This document shows positions 55,501 to 64,000 of a DNA stretch of 64,000 bases, piece after piece; positions within the stretch are counted from its first letter, which is position 1; each line of letters begins with the position of its first letter. Under the pieces are notes generated by a model. The model made no database searches. It saw nothing but the letters and a program-made list of their open reading frames with translations, and was not told the origin of the DNA. The translations under genes were made by a program, and so were the position numbers. The DNA lies in assembly GCA_963777045.1 (NCBI GenBank), contig CAVZPD010000009.1, forward strand, positions 287,396 to 351,395. The letters run 5' to 3'. This stretch comes from an uncultured Chloroflexia bacterium. Lineage in GTDB: Bacteria > Chloroflexota > Limnocylindria > QHBO01.

Positions 55501-56298
55501 TGGCCACGATGGTGCCCTGGCCGGGCATCAGGCGTGGCACCGAGGCGGTCGTGCCCAGGGTTCCGGGGTTCTCAGCGTGATGGTGGCGCCGGCGAAGTCG
55601 TCGGGCGACAGCTTGTTGCTTCGCGCGCCCTCGAGCCAGCTCGTCGTAGCGGGCATGGAACTCGCCGAAGTCCATGCCGTCGGCGCCTGATGACCGGCAC
55701 CACCAGGAAACGGCTGCCGTCGCGCCGCTCGACGTCCACGGCCAGGCCAAGGTTCCCGCCCCAGGGTCGACCCGGTGCGGCGCACCGTCGGGATCGGCGA
55801 AGTCGTGCGTCATCGCCGGCTGCTCGGACGCGGCGCGCACGATTGCCCAGCCGATGAGGTGCGTGAAGCTCACCTTGCGCGGCGCGATCGCGGCGTTCAG
55901 TTCTCGCCGGCGTGTCTGAGGACGCTGGCCTCGATGTCGCGGAAGCTCGTGAGTCGGAAACCTCAAGTGAGGCGACCATGTCGCGGAGGCCGCGCGGCCG
56001 GCCCCTTAATCGGGCTGGCGCCCTCCGGGAGTTCGGATGCGTCCGTCCCCTCCGGCTGCCCGATGCCTCCGGCGTGCGGCCGTTTCATCGCCGGCTGGCT
56101 GCTGCGGCCGCTGCCGGGGGAGCTCGCCCGGGCGAGCGGGGCCAAAGCCGGCCGTGCCGCTCTCGAAGAGCATGCGCCACTCGCGGTCGACCGACGCCGG
56201 GTCGCGGCGGTACTGCTCGTAGAGCTCGGCGACGTAGCCGGCGTTGACGCTGTCGAGCGCGCGGTCGATCCGGGTGGGCTCCTGGAGTCACCTGCCAT
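52510..56298 (-). CDS. sucA: Multifunctional 2-oxoglutarate dehydrogenase (E2-like domain fused to E1; Kgd/SucA), very error-rich
   Basis: NAGYVAELYEQY, KVSFTHLIGWA, TSTYDHRVIQGAESG, YRSFGHLAA, GEKRFSI, GMAHR, SDLAKG, GFEY, TLLLPHG, WVQEEP recognisable in order across frames. Confidence 0.88.
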
Positions 56299-56375
56299 CA
56301 GCGCTAAGGATAGGCATGATGGCGGGACGCGGCACCCGCACCCCCCCGCGGGCGCAGGTCTCCGCCGCTGAATGC

Positions 56376-56739
56376 TCAGCGGCGGCGTCGCTGGCGGCGT
56401 TCTCCTCCAGCCGAACCCCACGATGCGGCGACCAGGTCGTCGGGCATCGGGGTCGCCGGATCGAAGCGGAGGGTGCCCTTGCCCGAGGCGTAGGGCTTCA
56501 GCTCGTCGCCGATGCCTCGATCACGGCGCCGCTCATCGGGAAGAGGCTGCAGTGGTCCTTGAAGGCCGCGTACGAGACCAGCAGGCGATCCCCATCTCGG
56601 AACGCCGGCATCTGGTAGCTGATCGTCTCGGTGGCGTGGGGAGCGACGGCGCGAACGGTCTCGCGCAGGTGCTGGAGCGCGGCGCGGGGGCCGGGCGGAA
56701 CCGCCGCCAGGTACTCGTCGACGTCGTCAGGAATGGCAT
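56376..56739 (-). CDS. DUF1801 (YdhG-like) protein
   Basis: VDEYLAAVP..LRETVRAVAP.ATETISYQMPAF..YAAFKDHCSLFP..KGTLRF. Confidence 0.85.
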
Positions 56740-56747
56740 GTTGCCCT

Positions 56748-57329
56748 CTAGCTGAGCTCCCGCCTCACCACCGGCCGGCCGGGGCGCCGCTCCGCGACCC
56801 GCGCGAAGCCGAAGCGCAGGAACAGGTCCAGCGTACCGGTGAAAGCGAACTACTCTGCCTCCGTTCGCCGCGCGTGTCCACCGGGTACCCCTCGATCGCC
56901 GACGGCCGATGCGCCGTGCCCGGCGACGCGGCATCGAGCAGCGCCGACGCCACGCCCTGGCCACGGTGGTCGGTCGGAATGAAGAAGCAGGCGACCGACC
57001 AGACGGTCTGGTCGGCCGCCGCCGCGGCATCAGCCGAGTGACGGGCGAGCGCAGGATGCGGCCAAACTCGGGTCGGGGGCCGGCGCTCACCCAGCCGACG
57101 GGCGCCGTCACGATAGGCGAGCAGCCCGGGCCGCCGGCCCTCCGAGACCAGGCTCCAGCAGCGCGCGGTTGCCCGCACCGCGGTTCGCGCAGCCCGCGCT
57201 GAACTCGCGGCCGCGGACGCGCTGCCACGCGCACCAGCAGTTCGAGTAGGCGCCGTTCGGGCCGAAGAGCGCTTCGAGGTCCGGCCACCGCTCGTCGGTG
57301 AGCGGCAGAACGATGAGCTCACGCGTCAC
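56748..57329 (-). CDS. GNAT acetyltransferase, frameshifted
   Basis: LFG..G..CWC, PGLLAY, VGWVS.GPR, WSVACFFI..RGQGVA..LL, EGYP. Confidence 0.85.
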
Positions 57330-57890
57330 GCGGATGCGGCCTCGCGCTGCCGCGCGCGGTACGCGCGCGCCTTCATGCGGCTGCCGCAGATGGCCATGGT
57401 GCACCACGTGCCGGAGCGGTTCCTCGACTGGTCGTAGAAGAGCCAGCGGCAGGTGTCGTTGCGGCAGGCCTTGATCCGCGACCAGCTGCCGTCGGCCATG
57501 GCGCGCACCACGATCGCCATGATGCGGCCCAGGAACGCGTCACGTCGCCGCGGCGGCGGGGCCAGCTGCCACTCGCCCTCGCCCGCCGCGGCGGAGGGAT
57601 GCGGTCAGCGGGAGGCTGCCGCGGCATGGTTGAGCGCGGCGACGCGCGCCGCGTCCACCGCCTCGCCATTGTTGGCCCGGGCGAGCGCGCGGATTCCCTC
57701 CCGGATGGCGAGCGCGCGTGCGTGCCCGCGGCATCGAGCGGAGCATCGGCCTCGATCAGGACCCGCTCGCCAGCCAGTCGCGCAGGAGATCGGGAGTGGC
57801 AAGGCGGTCACGGCCGCCCTCGAGGTCGTTGGTGTTGACGAAGTCCTGGAGGAGCTGCAGATCGTCGGAGGGCTCCCTCGTCATGGCCAT
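57326..57890 (-). CDS. CGNR zinc-finger (ABATE) protein, frameshifted
   Basis: DFVNT, RIKAC...CRWLFYDQSRN..WCTMAICGSRMKARAYR. Confidence 0.9.
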
Positions 57891-57906
57891 CTCACTGACA
57901 GCCTAC

Positions 57907-57988
57907 ATCACCAGTCAAGGTCCGTTGACAGGTGACGTGCTGTGCGCGTACACTGGCGTCACCATCGACAGGCATATGGGTGGTGACG
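57907..57988. promoter_or_regulatory. Divergent promoter with inverted repeats
   Basis: TCACCAGTCAA-N6-TTGACAGGTGA; TTGACA (57925)-18 nt-TACACT (57949); CGTCACCA..TGGTGACG. Confidence 0.65.
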
Positions 57989-58012
57989 ATCAAAGCGGCA
58001 ACGACAAGGGAC

Positions 58013-58171
58013 ATGATCATGGTCGAGATGCTGGACTACCACCTTCACTACGCGCTGATGGCCACGGAGGATCGCCTGCGGGACCGCATGGGCCGGCAGA
58101 ACCGAGGACGGCCGCTGCGTCCACATCGGCGCAGGCTGCTGCGGAGCCGCAGGCCGGGGGAGCGCCCGTGA
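58013..58171 (+). CDS. Small Arg-rich hypothetical protein (52 aa)
   Basis: Downstream of a strong promoter and AAGGGA. Confidence 0.5.
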   Translation: MIMVEMLDYHLHYALMATEDRLRDRMGRQNRGRPLRPHRRRLLRSRRPGERP

Positions 58172-58202
58172 GGCGGCGCATCTACGCCGGAGCGATGGGC
58201 AT

Positions 58203-58237
58203 GAAAGAACCCTCGTCCTCCGGCACGAGGACGAGGG
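58203..58237 (-). terminator. Intrinsic terminator
   Basis: CCCTCGTCCTC/GAGGACGAGGG 11-bp stem followed by TTCTTTC on the minus strand. Confidence 0.75.
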
Positions 58238-58302
58238 CGGGGTCAAGTATGAACGGCTGCCGCCCTGCGGCCAATGCGGCCGGCGGCAAGGTCCGGCCGG
58301 GG

Positions 58303-58904
58303 CTACTCTGCTGGCTGGCCTCGTCGCTCTCCGGGCCGCGGCCGATGACCGCTCGGAGCAGGACGACCACGCCCAGGCCGATGATGACCGCGGGCATCAC
58401 CCACTCGGCCAGGTTCCACCGGTCGCCGCTGAGGCCGATGAAGCCCTCGAAGAAGATGAAGCCGACCGCGAAGATGCGCCAGCGCGGTCATGATCTGCCA
58501 GAAGCCATCACGGGCCATCTTGGCGTTGCCGCTGCGGGTGCCGTAGAGCAGCATACCGACGCCGCTCCCGCCGGGGCCTACCAGCGCCCAGGCGTAGGCC
58601 CAGCTCTCCCAGTGGTCGGTGACGTTCTGGTAGAAGAGGATCAGCCCCACGATCGTCACGATGCTGCCGGCGATGGTCAGGCCGGAGCCGTGGGGCTGCG
58701 TGAGCCCGAAGGCCAGCAGCACGAGGCCAGGGGCGATGACGTAGAAGGGCCACGTCGCCTCGCCCCAGTCGATCTCGAACTGCTGGCCCACGAAGAAGAT
58801 GATCCCAACCGCGATCAGGATCGCTCCGAGCACCGCGGTGCCGGAGAGCCCGGAACGCCGCCCGCCGGTTGGCTGCGGGCGGCCTCGGGTCGTTGCTCGG
58901 TCAT
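58303..58904 (-). CDS. Membrane protein (LiaF/LiaI-like TM repeats), frameshifted
   Basis: GAILIAVGIIFF..WPFYVIAPG..WESWAYAWAL..PAVIIGLGVVVL. Confidence 0.7.
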
Positions 58905-58914
58905 GGGCGAAATG

Positions 58915-59246
58915 CTACTGCTGAGGGGAAGGCCCCCGGTACCGTTCTCGACGTCGCCGCCGTCCGCCGGGCGGAAGATCAGCTGCGATTCGCCGTTCTC
59001 GGCCACGACGTCCATGACCGCCTCGGAGAGCGGATCGGCCAGCTCCTGCGAGACGAAGAGCCGCAGGCCCTCGTGGTCGGCGACCTGGTCGCCGGGAGCC
59101 GGATCGGGCGTGAAGCCCAGGGAGAGCGTCGGCTGGCCGGAGTCCGCGGTCTCGCTGAAGACGCGAATGCCGGCCTCGTCGGGAAGCTGCGCCTCGCGAC
59201 GCAGGTTGCGCAGCAGGTCGGCCGCGCGGTCAGTCATTTGCAGCAT
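58915..59246 (-). CDS. HesB/IscA-fold protein lacking Cys ligands
   Basis: MLQMTDRAA..GIRV..L.LGF..P.PGDQV..EGLRLFV..L...MD. Confidence 0.7.
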
Positions 59247-59313
59247 GGATGGGGTGCCTCCAACAGGTTGCTCGTGTAGAGGGTCCTCAGGCGTGCAAGA
59301 TGATTACCACTCT

Positions 59314-60291
59314 TTAGGAAAGCACGGCGCGCAGGGTCTCGCCGCTCACGTTGCGTCCGGTCAGCACCGCCGCCACGCGGCGCCCCTCCAGCCCGCCAAG
59401 CCGCGCCCGCAGCGCGGCGATCGGCAGGGCGGCACTGCCCTCCAGCGCGAGGTGGTGCACCTCCAGCGCCCAGCGCATCGCGTCGGCGATCTGCTCCTCG
59501 TCGACCAGGACCACCTCGTCGACCAGCTGGCGGCACATCTTCCAGGTGATGCTGCCGCGCTCGATGTTGCCGGCCACGCCATCGGCCAGGGTGGGTGCGA
59601 TCGGCATGCGAGCGGTCGTGCCCGATTCGCAGGTGGGCGTACATCGGCGGGGAGGCGGACGGCTGGACGCCCACCAGGCGCAGGCCCGGATTGACCGCCT
59701 TGGCCCACAGGCCGATGCCGGAGATGAGCCCGCCGCCGCCGATGGGCACCACCATCGCATCGCACTCCGGCCAGTCGTCCAGGATCTCGGCCGCCACGGT
59801 GCCCTGGCCGGCGATGACGTCGGGGTCGTTGTACGGGATGGACGTAGATGGCGATGCCTGCCTCGTCGCGTCGACGCGCCTCGTCCTCGGCGTCGTCGCT
59901 GCTGCGCCCGAAGACCTCGACCGTGCAGAGGTCCGACTCGAGCTCGCGCAGCCGCTCCAGCTTGGCGGGGGAGATGCGAGGCGCCGACCAGCACCGTCAG
60001 CCGCATGCCGTGGCGGCGCGCGGCGGTGGCGACGGCGATGCCGTGGTTGCCGCTGCTGGCCGTCACCAGCGCGGCGTCCGGGTTCTCGGCCGCGATGAGC
60101 GCCACCTTGTTGTGGGCGCCGCGCGTCTTGAATGCGCCGGTCGGCTGCAGCAGCTCCAGCTTCAGGCGAACCTCGGCAGCGCCGCTCTCATCGGCCAGCC
60201 GGGGCGAAGCTTCCAGCGGCGTGTGCAGGGCGATGCCGTGCAGCCGGTGTCGAGCGGCGACGACGTCGGCAAGGAGCGGGTAGCGCGGCAT
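59314..60291 (-). CDS. Threonine/serine dehydratase (PLP), frameshifted
   Basis: LKLELLQPTGAFKTRGA, ASSGNHG, IAGQGTV, VPIGGGGLISG, TLADGVAG, LTGRN. Confidence 0.9.
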   Translation of the reverse strand: MPRYPLLADVVAARHRLHGIALHTPLEASPRLADESGAAEVRLKLELLQPTGAFKTRGAHNKVALIAAENPDAALVTASSGNHGIAVATAARRHGMRLTVLVGASHLPRQAGAAARARVGPLHGRGLRAQQRRRRGRGASTRRGRHRHLRPSRTTTPTSSPARAPWRPRSWTTGRSAMRWWCPSAAAGSSPASACGPRRSIRACAWWASSRPPPRRCTPTCESGTTARMPIAPTLADGVAGNIERGSITWKMCRQLVDEVVLVDEEQIADAMRWALEVHHLALEGSAALPIAALRARLGGLEGRRVAAVLTGRNVSGETLRAVLS

Positions 60292-60422
60292 AGCTCCGAC
60301 GGCCCAGGAGGATGAGGCCGCTGAACAGGGCCACCACGAAGAGGAGCAGGATCACGAAGCCGAACGGGTCCTCATGGATGGGCGGTCCGTGCGCGGCGAG
60401 CAATCCGATCACGGCGCAAATC

Positions 60423-60827
60423 CTACGCCGACGCGCAACCTCGTCGGCTCAGGCGGCGTCCGGGCTCGGCACGGGCTGCGGTCGTCGAGGGCCCGGGCAG
60501 TGCGACGCTCCGCATCTGGCGGCTGATGCGCATCAGCGAGCCCAGGCGGTCCTCGACCCGCGCGCGCTCGACGGGCGTGGCCCAATGGCGCAGCGTGTAG
60601 TCGATCTCGTGCTTGTGGCGCGTGGCGGTGGTGAAGAGCTCCTCCACCCGCGCCGGCACGTCGTCGGCTGGGGCTGCCTTGGCGAGCTCCGAGCGGAGCT
60701 CCAGGATCTCGAGGTAGTAGGAGGTTGCGAGCCGATCGAGGTCGCGCTGGGCGCCATGCGGCCATGGCTCCGGCGGTCCGCCGAAACCGTAGCGCCGCCA
60801 CTCCCCGGATTGGACGCCGTGTGTCAT
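60423..60827 (-). CDS. Hypothetical helical protein
   Basis: Clean 134-aa ORF with typical codon bias. Confidence 0.6.
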   Translation of the reverse strand: MTHGVQSGEWRRYGFGGPPEPWPHGAQRDLDRLATSYYLEILELRSELAKAAPADDVPARVEELFTTATRHKHEIDYTLRHWATPVERARVEDRLGSLMRISRQMRSVALPGPSTTAARAEPGRRLSRRGCASA

Positions 60828-60879
60828 GCCGCGACGCGTATCCGACGCCGGGCGTCGCGCGAACAGCGCGCCGTCCGGC

Positions 60880-61718
60880 CTATCGCGGGCGTACCAAAGG
60901 TTGGGGACTACCGCAGCGTCGATCGCCATCGCTGACGGGAATCCAGTGCCCGGCCCAGATGCCGTTCGAGATGAAGCACGTGGGGCGTGCCATTGAGCAT
61001 GCCGAAGGCGGCGGCGGGGGCGCCCGAGGACTTCCCGAGCTCGTGCGGCTTCTCGTCGCGTCACCGCCCCGTTGCCGTCGACCTGCACGCCGGTGTAGTT
61101 GCCGGCCGCGAAGATGACGGTGCGCGGCTCGTCGAAGATGGCCACGTTCGCCTGGCTGGAGCTGGCCCAGGGCGACGTCCGTCCCGCCGATGCGGTCGCC
61201 CTCCCAGCGGAGACTCGACGCGGTAGATGCCGGCGCCCAGCTCCTCGGTGAGGGCCGCGACGCTGGTGCGCACGCTGGCCATGCCGTTTACGTCGGGCTC
61301 GACGTCGACGCGACGGGCTGCGCGGGCTGTCAGCGTGCCGTCGCGGCTGCATCTGCGCCAGCCCGATCTCGACGCGTGGTCGCCTGGTCGGTCGGCAGCG
61401 GCACCGACAGGGCGACCTGCGCGCCGGCTGGGAAGGCCGCCGGGCCGACCGCCAGCGTCTCGCCGGCAGCGTCGACCGGGAGCAGCAGGGAGAGGGAGCC
61501 GCTGGCCGTCTTCGTCGCCGGATCAGTCACCACCGACGGGCCATTACCGGTCCCGACCGGCGCACCGCTGAGCGGGGTGCCGGCGACGCGGGCTGCGTGT
61601 TCAGCAGGCGGATGACCACGCCGATGACGACCACCGCGCCGATCAGCATCACGACGGGCGCGTACGGCGCGCGGGTGCTCAGGAAGAAGTCTCGCTTCGA
61701 TCGGGCCATGCTTGTCAT
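60880..61718 (-). CDS. Hypothetical membrane-anchored exported protein, frameshifted
   Basis: RBS GGAGGG; N-terminal TM (VVMLIGAVVVIGVVIRLL); coding-like fragments down to VVPNLWYAR. Confidence 0.55.
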
Positions 61719-61814
61719 GCTGCCCTCCCCATGCAAGTGGCGTACCTCGCCGTGCCAGCCGCCAGGGCGATCGGTGTCGAGATCGGCCTTTGGTAGAATG
61801 CTGGCCGCACGCGC

Positions 61815-61889
61815 TGGGGTGTGGCCAAGCGGTAAGGCGCCTGACTCTGGATCAGGAGATCGAAGGTTCGAATCCTTCCGCCCCAGCCA
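61815..61889 (+). tRNA. tRNA-Gln (anticodon CTG)
   Basis: TGGGGTG acceptor stem, CCTGA-CTCTGGA-TCAGG anticodon arm, GGTTCGAATCC T arm, encoded CCA; extended -10 TGGTAGAAT at 61791. Confidence 0.97.
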
Positions 61890-62157
61890 ACACCGCGCGC
61901 CGCTACCCGATACATCGGGCAATTCGTCACCGGAAGCCGATGTGGGGTTTCATTCTGCCGCTCCCATCGGGCAGCCCTTCGCACGAACAGCACCCCTGGG
62001 TGCCCCATACGCTCACGGTTGCCCGATGTAACCGCAGTCCGTCGCCCGCAGCTCGCGTCTGGTGACGTTCTTCCGATATGCCGGCAGGCGCAACACCGGC
62101 GGCTGGCTCAGCGTCGGGGAGGGAAGTAATCGGGGAGGGAAGGCGGAGGCCGGGCAG

Positions 62158-62607
62158 ATGGGGAGGATCATCGCGCTGGTCATGCTGGTGGCCGTGCTGA
62201 CGAGCGGCTGCAACTGGATCGGTCTGTCGGGGAAGCCGCCTGCCTGGGTCACCGATCGCGAGCCGCTGCCATCCTGCGGCGTGGAGGACCTGGGGCATGG
62301 CGAGGGCGTCGACACGCAGGCGCGTCGCTGTCTGCTCGACGCGTTCCAGTCCGGCGAGGCGGCGGAGCTGATCTCGAATGCGACAACCATCGAGGGTGCG
62401 CCGGTCTCCCAGATCTACCGCGTCCATGCCGACGGCCGGGTCGAGATCTTCTTCGACTGGACGCGTGATCCCCTGGGTCCGGGCGGCTGGGAGCGCCTTG
62501 CCTGCGAGGGCCTGGCGCCAGTGCAGGAGACGAACACGGCGGACAACTACCTCCCGCCGGAGATGGTCTTCCGCGAAGTGAACTGCCGGACGGTGGAGGA
62601 AGGCTGA
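62158..62607 (+). CDS. Putative lipoprotein
   Basis: Signal peptide with lipobox-like LTSG-C; additional Cys residues. Confidence 0.75.
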   Translation: MGRIIALVMLVAVLTSGCNWIGLSGKPPAWVTDREPLPSCGVEDLGHGEGVDTQARRCLLDAFQSGEAAELISNATTIEGAPVSQIYRVHADGRVEIFFDWTRDPLGPGGWERLACEGLAPVQETNTADNYLPPEMVFREVNCRTVEEG

Positions 62608-62780
62608 GGAGGGAACGCATGATCCGGATTCACGCCTCGCTGGAGGACGTGCTTGCGGCGCCGCGGGAGCACCCGGCCGCGCGCTCATCGGCCTGCGGCT
62701 GCGCCGCCAGGACCGTCCATTGGTCCCGTGACCAGGTGAGTAATGGCACGGAGCCAATGTCCGCATCGGGCATTTAATAG

Positions 62781-64000
<1,220 letters not shown>

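Noticed and set aside
60292-60412. Small membrane ORF upstream of the dehydratase
   Set aside because: Plausible, but the stop cannot be placed because of indels, so it is not listed as a feature
60901-60930. GDYRS.DR peptide similarity between shadow ORFs near 8931 and 60901
   Set aside because: Both are in non-coding or antisense frames; a short chance match

Overview
High-GC bacterial chromosomal segment with about 65 genes. The gene repertoire and style suggest Chloroflexota (Limnocylindria-like) or another high-GC monoderm; this is inference. Housekeeping genes include lgt, cystathionine beta-synthase and gamma-lyase/synthase, mmsA, gltA-mdh, upp, gltX, mutY, ask, thrB, thrC, tag, crcB with a fluoride riboswitch, fused kgd/sucA, tRNA-Gln(CTG) and the start of nifJ. 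Accessory modules include a LAL (STAND-LuxR) regulator with two DUF4242 proteins and a secreted protein, an ArsR-SRPBCC fusion, and a large multi-GAF/PAS kinase with response regulators. From about 33 kb to 61.6 kb most genes are frameshifted, worst at 52.5-55 kb. This looks like low-coverage long-read consensus error, so coordinates there are approximate. No CRISPR array, integrase or transposase was seen. The most notable unexplained signals are: (1) a dispersed ~175-bp intergenic element in 4 copies, built from four CGATAGA/TCTATCGG boxes in alternating orientation at fixed 54/61/54 spacing with largely unrelated spacers; (2) a promoter-driven ~70-nt hairpin RNA candidate directly downstream of a DnaA-box cluster between two convergent genes; (3) a LAL-DUF4242 module whose three promoters share a CCGATG-N20-(-10) layout; (4) pervasive leaderless gene starts.
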